Assembly: GCA_021613535.1 (NCBI GenBank)
Contig: CP075496.1
Span: 1,054,001-1,118,000 of the forward strand
Source of the DNA: Adineta vaga
Taxonomy: Eukaryota; Animalia; Rotifera
Length of the DNA stretch: 64,000 nt
Direction: 5' to 3'
Shown: positions 1-10,968 of the stretch, piece by piece
Layout of the letters: every line of letters begins with the position of its first letter
Numbering within the stretch: position 1 is the first letter of the stretch
The notes under the pieces: model-generated
Told to the model about the DNA's origin: nothing
Databases searched by the model: none
What the model saw: the letters and a program-made list of their open reading frames with translations, nothing else
Made by a program: the position numbers and the translations under genes

Positions 1-1
1 A

Positions 2-532
2 CATGAAATGTGTCATGCAGCAGTATCATTAATCGATGGTGTTATGAACGGAGGTCATGGTCGTTTATGGCGTAAATGGACTCATAAAGCTGAACGATGT
101 TATCCTTATTTACCTGCTATTTCAGTTAAACATACATATGATATAACATATAAATTCATCTATCGATGTACACGTTGTCAATATGAGTAAGTCATTCATA
201 GAAAATTGAATCATTAGTTTTGTTTTTATTATTAAAGAGTTCAACGTCATTCGAAATCGCTTGATATTGAAATTGATGTTTGTGGAAAATGTATGGGAAA
301 ATTTGAATTATTATTAAATAATACAAAAACAAATGATGTTCAAACACCAAAGAAAACTTTAACTCGTTATAATCTATTTATTAAAGAACATTTTCAAATA
401 ATGAAACAAGCACAACCTCATTTATCTTCACCACAATTAATGAAACATCTCAGTCAAGAATATAAGAAAACTATTCAACAAGAAAAACAAACGGAAATTG
501 ATTTACCTAATTTCGAACAATTAAAAATCTAA
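2..532 (+). CDS. GCNA: GCNA/ACRC-like SprT metalloprotease with C-terminal HMG box (3' part; 5' end outside window). Exons 2-186 and 238-532.
   Basis: HEMCHAA (HExxH) motif followed by GHGRLW. Zn-ribbon YRCTRC...RHSKSLD...CGKC is joined across a GT-AG intron at 187-237. An HMG-like tail follows (YNLFIKEHFQIMKQAQPHLSSPQLMKHLSQEYK). This is the SprT-ZnF-HMG order of GCNA/ACRC. Confidence 0.85.
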
Positions 533-757
533 TTTCGAAACTCATGTACTAGTTTTTTTTCTCTTTATTAAATCAATGAAATAAAATTCTTTACTATATT
601 CATATACGAAATCTTACAGTATCATTCTATAGATGTCAGTTGTGAAGAAAAGAAACGTGTTTGAGAAGTATCATTGTCTTGACAACGTGTAAAAGAATGT
701 CTTTTGTTTTCTTTTGATTATTATATTGTACATTTGATCTTGTTTTTGTTTTCAAAC

Positions 758-1700
758 ATGGCATTAGCAAGGAATCGACAAAGTCCTCCGCCCGAACAAT
801 TATGGAAATCTTGGGATCGTAAAGCACGTAAACAAGGTCTTCATGCAACTATCTATTCATCAGATGGATCACAATATAAAGGGGATTGGAAAAGTGATAA
901 AAGACACGGTGAGAAACGTCATTCTCTTACATGAATATGATGCTAGGTTTTCATTTCGCATAGAATAGGTAAAGGCGTTTATGTATGGAAATCAAGCGGA
1001 GATTTTTATGAAGGAGATTTTGCAAATGGAACACGTACTGGTTTCGGAACATTGACAGTTAAAACTCCGGAAGGCAAATTTGAACGACAATATGCAGGCG
1101 GTTGGAAAAATGATAAGAGACATGTTAGTAGACACTTTTCATATTGATTTAAACATTTATTTTACAATTATAGGGATATGGAAATCTATTTTTTAAAGAA
1201 AATGAACATTACGAAGGTGAATTTTATGCTGATAAACGAAATGGATGGGGAAGAATGTTTTATGCCGACGGATCTACCTATGAAGGACAGTGGGTGAATG
1301 ATAAACGACATGGAACAGGAATGTTACGTTTAGGTAATATAGTCGATGAAATTGTATGATGACCTACAATAGTTATTGTTTTGATTTTTAGCAAACGATA
1401 ACAGATATGAAGGTGAGTGGTGTGCAGACAAGAAACATGGGCAAGGTAAATTTTTTTATGTTACACGAGGACAACTTATGGAAGGTTTATGGGTTGATGA
1501 TATTTGTAAAGCAAGTGAAATGAAAGATTTTGGACGTGATCAAGCTATTTTACCAACACCTTATCCTATTCCCGATGTAAGTTTCTATTTTCTTCTATTT
1601 TCTCTAATAATATAAGGAATTTTTTATTTAGTTGTCTCTAGCAAATCCAGATCAAGTTTTGACCGAAGCGAAAGAAATATTTACAGAGACAGATGGATAA
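758..1700 (+). CDS. MORN3: MORN repeat-containing protein 3 (5 exons)
   Basis: N-terminus LWKSWDRKARKQGL, serial MORN repeats (YKGDWKSDKRHG, YEGEFYADKRNGWG, YEGQWVNDKRHGTG, YEGEWCADKKHGQG) and C-terminus DFGRDQAILPTPYPIP...VLTEAKEIF match MORN3 as I recall it. Short GT-AG introns restore the frame. Confidence 0.9.
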
Positions 1701-1914
1701 AAAATCTATATATATATGCGTATTCTATTGTATTTTGTATTTTGCGAGACTTTTATAAATTGAAAAAGAGTCATTTATTTTATCGAACAAAAACGATATC
1801 ATTATTTACGGAAGAATTTATAGAATGAATAGACGGATATGACAAAGTTGAGATTTTGTTTTCGTATATAGAAAAAGAGTTTTACTTTGAAAAGAGTACA
1901 TTCAAATGAAATAT

Positions 1915-2660
1915 ACATGTTTCTTGATATTACTGTTGATAATGAAGATTTACGTGTAAATGTGAATTTATCTCTCAATCCAGCTACGATATGTTATAAG
2001 TATATTCAATATGTCATCGATTTTAGCTAAACCATACATATTCTTATTGTCAATTGAAATCTTACTTAAATTCTAATAATGAAAAGCAACATATATCCTG
2101 TTTCACTGGTATGTCATCAAATGAGCGACTAGTTGTTATAAGAGTTCTTAATTGAATGAATTCGACCAAATGTACGTATAACAATACCTATCAATAATTG
2201 ACGCGAAGCATTATTTACATTAGATTAACAAAGGATAAATATGTAATTCTATAATACAAAAAAATTTCAATGAAATAACAGAATATAAATCCGAAGAAAG
2301 GTATTGTGATAAAGAGAATATGTCTAATGAAAAGGGATTATAAAAACAATTATTTTTTGTCTGATTTATGATAGCATTTATTTATATTGTTAAATTCTTA
2401 TTAATGATTTAATCTGTGAAGAAAAATCGCCTATTATTACTGCCAATACTAGAGCCTATTCTATTGAAAGAAGAATGAAGCTTATGAAGGGTAAGTAAAT
2501 CATCAATATTAGAATTGGATATTATGTATAATGATATAATTTGACAATCTGCGCATGTTCTTAATGAAATAATATTCTATCAACAATCTTTAATTATTAT
2601 TCAAACCGAAGATAATCATATTAATACTGATAATATAGTCAATTATTTACCATATTATTG
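1915..2660 (-). pseudogene. Decayed class A (rhodopsin-like) GPCR
   Basis: Minus-strand fragments occur in the expected order: TM1/ICL1 IISINMIIFGLNNN*RLLIEYYFIKNMRRLSNYII, TM2 ILMIYLPFISFILL, TM5 FITIPFFGFIFCY, TM6-like RQLLIGIVI, TM7/tail MYGL...LRDKFTFTRKSS. They are broken by stops and frameshifts, and TM3-4 is apparently deleted. Confidence 0.5.
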
Positions 2661-3351
2661 ATTGTCTTACAAAATCTATGAAAGTTTTCTGATTGAAAAA
2701 ACTTTGAATTTTGCTTCAAAATATTTCATATGATCAACAACAAATGACGAAACTGAATACTTGAATTCAATCTTCAAGTTTGACACTAATACACGACATC
2801 AAAAATTTCAAAAACCATACATGTCTTTTCTGATCAAAATGCAAAGTTAGATCGTCTATTTTCGCACGTAAAACACATGTCTATATAGATATAAGATTAA
2901 GTGCGATATAGAATAGTCTTTCATTTTTTTTTAAATAGTCATGTGTAAACAAAACAGCAATTTACTGTTTTATCCTTTGCATATTGAGTGTTGATAGACA
3001 GAACAATATACATATATATATATAGTTTTTCGATATACAACAAACTTTATTTTATGTTTTGAAGATCATTTGATGTTCTTATAATCGAAATGTTCCGATT
3101 AAAACCTGTTTCAATAAAGATAATTGATCCATCTTTGTTTACGCTAACTGATTTTTAGTTTATGCTATCGTAAAGAAGAGAGCACATTTATATTTCTTTA
3201 CAATTCTATATTTAGGGATAACCTGTCAATAAAAAACAAGATATTTCTGTAATAAATAACCGCGCATAATTCATACATATTCTTGACAAATCTTGTCCTC
3301 CTCTGTTCTCTTTGCGTTGGCAACACGATTAATTATCTCTGATAACAAATC

Positions 3352-3358
3352 TATATAA
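3352..3358 (+). promoter_or_regulatory. Putative TATA box (TATATAA) upstream of the 63-aa ORF
   Basis: TATATAA lies about 80 nt upstream of the ATG at 3438, followed by a pyrimidine-rich leader. Confidence 0.4.
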
Positions 3359-3437
3359 GTTGAAGTATTTCTTCTATTTTATCATCATTTCTCTCTTTGT
3401 ACTCCCTATACTATTCTCATAATATTCATCTAATAAA

Positions 3438-3629
3438 ATGCGTCCAGCTTATGCAGGTCCCGCATCATCTTCATCACGTTGGCGTGCAACACAAGATCCA
3501 GGTAAAACATCACCAACATCGAATGCTGCTGGTTATCGATCAACTGGTCTTGAACAAAATCCCGCATCATTAACTGCATCAAATCTTCCACAAGAACAAC
3601 AATCTGAAAATGACGAAAAAAAACAATAA
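3438..3629 (+). CDS. Small hydrophilic, probably disordered protein (63 aa) of unknown function
   Basis: AAAATG start context, higher GC than the flanks, coding-like codon usage, double stop, upstream TATA and a downstream AATAAA near 3695. No recognisable domain. Confidence 0.6.
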   Translation: MRPAYAGPASSSSRWRATQDPGKTSPTSNAAGYRSTGLEQNPASLTASNLPQEQQSENDEKKQ

Positions 3630-4047
3630 TAAATATATAATTTGATTTGTACGATGAAATTCTTCTTTTCTTAATCTTTCATTAAATTAATTTTAATAAA
3701 TTTTACAAAACAATATTTACTTCAGCAAATATACTTATTACATTCTTCTCTCTTCCTCAAATAAAACATTTCCTATCGATATTACATCAGGTATTATTCT
3801 CATAATTGTAAATAATCCACATATTCTGTACTCTATGAACTTTCTATCCAATGCTATTCTTATCGTCAGAAATACTCTCAGCAATATCATATGGTACAAC
3901 AATAGTTGATAGATGTCATAACTCTTGACCTTAAATTATAAGAAGAAACAGTTTTTCTATTGATTACTATGAAAGATAGACGTTGACTTCGTTCTATACT
4001 AATCTACTTGAAGCAATGATAAGAAGAAAATAATAAAATTGTTTCTT

Positions 4048-5275
4048 TTAAGATTTATGCCAGCTTGTCGAATTTGTTGTTAATTTAGCAGTAAGTCTAT
4101 TATGAAGTACAATAGGCCAATTATGCATCCATAGTCCAGATATAGTTGTATCAAAAGGATCATCTACTTGTCGTTCTTTAAGTTCTGGTATTTGATCTTT
4201 AATTGAATTTTGAACAACAGCTTCTTGTAGTTTCGTTCGATTAATTTGTGACCATTGATCCCAATTTGATTTGAAATTTTCATCGTTTTCCTTTGCCATT
4301 AAGATATTATCTTTCAGACCATAAAAACCATTTGGTTCAATTGGATTTTGCCTTTGAAAATAACAAGTTTTTTAATGAAACAAAATGTTATTCCTACCAT
4401 CGTATATTTTTATTAAAATTTTCCGTTGATTTATGTGAAATTAAATTATTAAGAAATAAAACTGAACCAAAAGGTACTTCACATGTAACAACAGTTTGAT
4501 TATTAACTGGAATATTCAATGTTCTTGTCATTTCTTCTTCATACCATGTACCACCAGTGCAACAATTATGTTTACAAGTACGACCTGGACGATGACCATC
4601 AGATAAAACTTGTAAGCATCCTTTGAAAAAAATTTTCTTTATTCAAATCTAAATATAATTCATAATATCATCAATATTAAGGTAAAGAATCTATTACAAA
4701 CAGTATCTTGATGCCAAGGAACTGTAACTTGTTCTTGATTTGGTACTTATTAGAAATAAATGAATAGAACATCGACAAGAATATAATGCATTTTGTACTT
4801 TTGTTCTTAAATTCCAAACAGGATGTCCAGCAATGTCAGAACCTAGTAATTGTTTTGCAACGCTAAGTAATGTTTCACTCGCCTATAATGATGCAATTTC
4901 AGGTGGTAAAACATCACGTTTATGAAGAAGAACAGCTGTATCGGGAAATTGTGATTCTATTGAAATTAATCGTTGATAAAAACCATACTTTTCATGTAAA
5001 TCTTGAATTTTACCCTTTAAAATTGAATAAAAACAAAAATTTATATTTTTTAAAAGAAAAAAAAATTACTTACCGCCTTATAGAGTTCTTGAGTTAATTC
5101 ATCAACTACTCGTTCTATACCATGAATAACTGGTTGTAATTGATTTTGTTCTACTAAATTACGTTTTATTACAAAACCATCCTCAAAAATTGATTAAATT
5201 CATCTTTTGTTAATGGATCTGATATATAATCACGTTGCCATGTAGCTACTTCTTTGGATCATACGAACTATCCAT
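4048..5275 (-). pseudogene. Phytanoyl-CoA dioxygenase (PhyH)-family pseudogene
   Basis: EDGFVIKRN, HPVWNLRTK, VPWHQD (HxD), GCLQVL, VPLGSVLFLNNLISHKS and IRW are present. Lesions: a premature TAG at 4883-4885 (L*A, likely from TGG), about 3 single-base deletions in exon 1, and apparent loss of the AWIPL and SxDLR segments. Confidence 0.75.
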
Positions 5276-5599
5276 CGCGACTTTTTTCTTTTGACGTTGA
5301 ATGCGTATCTTTACCTTTGATTCGATATAATATAAATTCTGCACCACACGTGGTAATAATATCGATATGAAACAAACATCCTCTTATTTACTCGTTCTAC
5401 ATGTTTATCATCAACATTGTTTCTGACCTAGCGAAATTCGCATAAATTGAATTATTATTTAAAAAATGTGATATTATCTATAGACGTGAATACAAAAGAA
5501 CATAGTCAAGTATCTTTCTTGATTTATTTCTGCTGATTTCGGAGTCAGCTATAATATATATATATATATGACATGAAAAACGGAAAAGAAACACAGATG

Positions 5600-8527
5600 T
5601 CATGTCATAATAGAGTCATTAAAAAATTCATTATCATAACGATATGTACTATTTATTGTTGAACGAATAGGTGAATAATTGAATGAATCATAATTACTAT
5701 TTAATATTGATGACATATTTGTTATACTTGGAAGATAAATACGATAAAAATATGACGGAACATTTCGTATATATGGCCAAGGAAGATTCATTAAACATTC
5801 ACCTAAACGACGATTTAATGTTCGAAGTTGAGAAACCAAAAAGATAATATCATAAAATTCAATTGGAATTTCTCCACTTGTACTTGATCGACGGGCTAAA
5901 GAGCGAAAGAAAACGTCGTTTTATTTTATCATAAGAATTGAGATATTTATTTACCTTGAGTATAATCACAAAATGCTTGAACACATTCATATTGACATTT
6001 TGGCCAAGATTTATTTTCATCATTTATTACATTGATATCTAAATGAGATAAGAAATCGAGAGTATTTATCATTGATTCTACGATTCTTTTCTTCTTACTA
6101 ATTCGAGTTATGATCATTAATAAGAGAAGAGAAAATTCTTTTTCATCTAAATGTAATTCACGAATTTTGGATTCAAATGAACGAAAATCATTTTCAACTT
6201 CAGTTAATTGTGAAACATGTGAATTGATTTCCATTGATAATGTTGTTTCAGCTTGCCAATAATTCCAAATGAATTGATTATCACCATATGAAGATTTCAT
6301 TGATATCATTTTTGGTAATAATGCCAACATAACAAGAGAATGAATACATGATGAAATCACTTCATATTTCTCATACATATGATCAAATCCTTAAAAGAAA
6401 ATAAGAATACATTATCAATTTCCAAAATATTCTCATGAAAAGAATATAAAACAAAACATTGATCTGTTCACTCTCACCGTATGAGTCGTGAGAGGGAAGA
6501 GATCTTTCTTTCAATTTAAAAAAATCACGTCACCGAACAGTACAAAACAAAAGAAAGATGATTATTTATATATAGATCTATATGTTACCAGGAATGGTTT
6601 TTTGACAGAAATTTATTACTAATTCGGCATAGATTGTCATTTGTGATGCCATTGTTGACCAAATTGTTTCACGAGGAATACATCGAGGTAAATCCTGGAT
6701 TCGCAGAAAAAGAAACAAAACGAAAATCGATGAAGCAAAAATAAAACGATTCTATTCAATTCAATCGAGTTATCTTTGCTTGATTAGGAAGAAAAGAAGA
6801 AGAAGAAGAAGAAAAAACGATCTATGAACACTACCTTCAAATGCATTACATATGCATTATGAACTTTTTCTATATACGATTTTGTTACTGGTGATAATTC
6901 AAGATCAATATCATTATTTGAAGCAAATACTAAACGGAGAGAAATAGAAAGGTGTACAATGATAAGAATTCGATGAATTACTTTGGATAGGTTTTGATTT
7001 TGTTTTGCGTCGTTTTGCCATTGAAGTAATTCGTGCTGAATCAGTCGCTGTTGCCATTGATGTTGAATCGTTATGCAATTGTCGAATGCTATTATATTTA
7101 CTATTAAAATCCGAAATATTTGCAGGTCGAAATGTTTTACCTTTGTTTGAAAAGATTTGATTGTCGACCAATACGAGAAGCTAAAAATCAAAGAAATATA
7201 TTATTGAGGTAGATACAAATCTTAACAAACCATCCATAGACATTCCAGCTTGAATACATTTTCGAAATCGACATGCTCGACAAGTAATCTTTGATGTTGA
7301 ACGTATTTCACAATTATTATTTTCAGCACATCGATATCTTTCAGGAGCATTTTCTTTAATTGATCGACGAAAAAAACCCTAAATAATTTATTTCTGATTA
7401 CAGCCAATTTCTTCTTTTCAATCTTACTTTACAAGCTTCACATGTTACAGCACCAAAATGAATTCCTGATGCTGATCCACTACATACCAAACATGGTAAT
7501 TTCTTATATAAATCTTCTGTTTTTGGTCCAATTGATTCTACAAATTCATAATTAAAATTCGAAATTATTCACAAAAACAAAAGTTACCATGAGGTTTCAT
7601 TCCAACAGTTAAACATTTCTGAAATCGACAATATTGACATTGAGTTCTTGATCGTTTTGTAATTGAACATGAAAAATCTCGTTGACATTTGTATTTTTTA
7701 TTTCCATCACCTGTAGAAATTGAACGAAGAAAAAACTTCTAGAAAAAAAAAGATCATAACAAATTTCTAATCTTTGATCTCATGGATCAATATTCACTTT
7801 GCATGCTTCACATGTTATTGCTCTAAAACAAATATTCATAGAAAAATAAAAGAAAATAAAAGATCTAAATCTACCCGCAATGCCAACCCGATGCTAAATC
7901 ACCACAAATTTGACAATGTTCATCTTCATTTAGATTTTGTGAAATCAAATGAGATGAAGATTTTGTTGTTAAATCTCGTTGTTTAATATGTTCATTATTG
8001 ATATAGGAATGTCGATAATCAAATACATAAAGTTGTTCGTTAAATGGAACTGATGAATAATCACTACAACCAACTGTTGACATTTGCGAAGAATCTAGAA
8101 AACATAACATATTCTCTGATGATATCTCTTTATTTAAATAGTCAATGTTGTTTTTGATTCATAACAATCTGTTTATTGTCAGCTCATCAATATAACATTT
8201 ATCTCTTCTATTCACAACTTGTCTCTCGCTCTCTCTCTCGATCATTCGTCATTTTAATGACATATATGTTTTCTAATGACGATGTTATTTTTCCCTCCAG
8301 GTTTGATTTATTTAAGTTAATTTCAACAGAAAGATGAAACAATTGTGTAATCCTTCGTCTCTGACATTTTAATGTTATGTTTTAACAAATAACATGTCTG
8401 TTCGATATCTATAGAAGAAAAGATATGTGAAATTATCATTTAATAAGAACTCTAAAACAAAAATAAATTTGATTTCCTAATAAAACTTACGTTGAAATTC
8501 TTTATTTTGTTGATGAATATTAATCAT
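5600..8527 (-). CDS. Nuclear receptor with two tandem DNA-binding domains (2DBD-NR) and a divergent ligand-binding domain; multi-exon
   Basis: DBD1 (~7598-7915): [14 protein letters not shown]|AITCEACK|KFFLRS...[17 protein letters not shown]2 (~7241-7493): [22 protein letters not shown]|GFFRRS...[17 protein letters not shown]-like helices follow ([26 protein letters not shown]). The proposed first exon 8491-8527 splices in frame. Confidence 0.9.
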
Positions 8528-9437
8528 TTTTGCGACATAAGAAAAGGAAATGATGAACTATTAGAGAAATATTTAGAAAAATGAGAAATAAAAATTAAGA
8601 TTTGTCTTTAAAAGGAACAATTATAACTGAAATGAAAAAAAAGTCGACTGAATAGGAAAAAAAGAAATGCAGTTAGTATGCAAATAAGAAGTAATTATTG
8701 AGATTTTATGATTGGATTTAATTGTTTTCTGTTTTTTTTTGGTAATAAAACAATATAGAAATTCATGTGAAAAATGTTAAGATATGATCTGTCAATCATA
8801 AGAAAATAAATGAAGAATCTTCCCTATAAATATAACTATTGAAGAATTGTGTCTAAGATTATTTGATTGTATCGTTTGTTAAACAAAGAAATTAAGAACT
8901 TAATTGATCTCTCTTCTTACTCTATTCTACACAATTCTTCTCTTCGTTCCATCAGATATTGTTAATTTATTGATTCCTATTCTTCAACTAGTCAATGAAA
9001 TAAAGAGATTAGATTACCTTATTTATTTCTATCACAATAAGACTTATAGATCGATGTAAAGTGATGTTCGTGCACAATGTCTGAGTATGCTTGATGAATC
9101 GTTGGTTATGACGCTGATAGTGTTATGTTTATGGTTTGCCTGTGACTTTCTTCGCATGCCCGCCGTATGCTTCTTTTCTTTCTTCTTCTATTCGTTTCTC
9201 TATTCGAAGTCGTCCGTCAACGAACATCATCATATTCCTATTCTTCATATATTCTACACGTGAGTTTGATCTTCTTTTCTCTTTTTCGTCGACGATAAAA
9301 ATCTTCTATTTTTATGTTTCTCTACTTATGTTGTATTTATGCTGATCTGTTATGCTTTTTTCTTTCTACGTATCGAACAAGAAATACTTTATTATAGAAA
9401 TCGATTCATTTAATGTTATTATATTATAATTTCATTC

Positions 9438-10553
9438 TCATAAAAATTTATTCTTAAATTTGAGAATAACATTTTCTGTATCTTGTAAAAAATGTTTCAT
9501 ATGTTGATTAACTTCTTGTTCATTTTGAAACCAAGTAGAACTATAAAATGTTGTATACATAGATGAATACATTATATCTAAATACCATTGAATATCTTTC
9601 ATATCGAATGTTTCATCGATTAGATCAACATAATTTTGTTCTTGAGAAAGAATTTTTATCTTTCGTTGATCATTCTCAAACCAAGAAGAACAAAATTCAA
9701 TATCATTATTATTAAAAGTCATTGCAGTTCGTTCCCAGTCGAGAATACCTAAGATCTGTCCATTTTTTTCATCAATTAGAATATTTGATGAATTTAAATC
9801 ATTATGAGTGAAATGAAATTGAACTTTTTCATTCAATAATTTCGTATCTATTTGAATATAATCGATCACTTTTTCTAGTGAGACAATCAAATGTGCTGCG
9901 AATTGAAATAAATCATTATCTGTTTTGATTCTTTCGATTGACCAATATAAATGTTTGATGATATATTCTTTTATAGTTTGAAATGGACCAAGAGTAGGAC
10001 CATCTTCAATTGTTCCGCTTAGTTTCATTTCTTCATTGTAAAATGAACCGATTTGATTCGGTAATTTGATTTGACGTAGTTGTTTAACATAATCACTTAA
10101 TTCTAAAGCGATTTTAGTTAATATTTCATCTGATAAATTATCAATTAAAGTTTCTAAGGTATTTCCAGAAATTTTCTCCATTAAAATATATTCACATGAT
10201 AAACTGTTTGTTAACGAATCATCTGAATAATCGATTATTTGAGGAATTGGAATTGTTGTATGTTTGAGTAGATATTTCATTGTAAAAACTTCATTTTTTG
10301 TACGAGAATTCTTCCAATAACGATGAGGATTTGAAATTTTTAATATTAATTCTTGATAAACAGATGAATTTATTCGAGTTTTTAAACTAAAAATTAAATT
10401 TATACGTCCCGATGTTTGTAAACGTTCAAATGAAAGACATTGAATATGAATTCGTTCGAAATGTTTATTCAAATTTTCGATTGTTATTCTCGATAGAATT
10501 GATTCGATATCTTGCAATTGTTCGAGATAAGATGGATGTGGAATAAATTCCAT
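9438..10553 (-). CDS. Aminoglycoside phosphotransferase/choline kinase-like (APH family) protein, intronless, 371 aa
   Basis: LILKI (ATP-binding Lys), NEVFTMKYL, IPIPQI, YILMEKISG, Brenner motif HNDLNSSNILID and GILDWE, all in a single uninterrupted ORF. Confidence 0.9.
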   Translation of the reverse strand: MEFIPHPSYLEQLQDIESILSRITIENLNKHFERIHIQCLSFERLQTSGRINLIFSLKTRINSSVYQELILKISNPHRYWKNSRTKNEVFTMKYLLKHTTIPIPQIIDYSDDSLTNSLSCEYILMEKISGNTLETLIDNLSDEILTKIALELSDYVKQLRQIKLPNQIGSFYNEEMKLSGTIEDGPTLGPFQTIKEYIIKHLYWSIERIKTDNDLFQFAAHLIVSLEKVIDYIQIDTKLLNEKVQFHFTHNDLNSSNILIDEKNGQILGILDWERTAMTFNNNDIEFCSSWFENDQRKIKILSQEQNYVDLIDETFDMKDIQWYLDIMYSSMYTTFYSSTWFQNEQEVNQHMKHFLQDTENVILKFKNKFL

Positions 10554-10968
10554 TTGCAAAAATGTTTATTTCCTGTAATTACACAATCAATGACTCAAAC
10601 TAACATACACAACTGTTTCATTCAAGTAAAAACTATGTAAATCTCGATATCTCGTTGTCAAATGATAACGTTGATATTCTTTGTTTTCTGTCTCTTCTTA
10701 TTGATAGGATTGTTTCTTCACCTTTGTCTTCATTGTATACATTTTTGTTTTCGTTCTTCCACCATTTTTATTCATTCTTCAGACAACTCGACACGTGAGT
10801 ATGAATCATTTTCTTTTCTTCTCTCAACGTTTCTGAGTATATCTTTCAATGCTTTCGTATGAAATTAACCAATTTGAAGATATTTCGTTACTCACATCTA
10901 AAAAAAGTGAGAAAAAACCCCTTGCGGGAAAGAATAAATTCATACTTTTCTTTTTCTTCTTGTTTCAG

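Noticed and set aside
2184-2210. CFASIIDRYCY as the GPCR DRY motif
   Set aside because: It lies downstream of the TM5-like segment, where a different frame gives a TM6-like sequence, so it is out of order and likely coincidental.
3720-3935. Possible further degraded exon on the minus strand (QEL*HLSTIVVPYDIAES...)
   Set aside because: Too short and broken to assign to any family.
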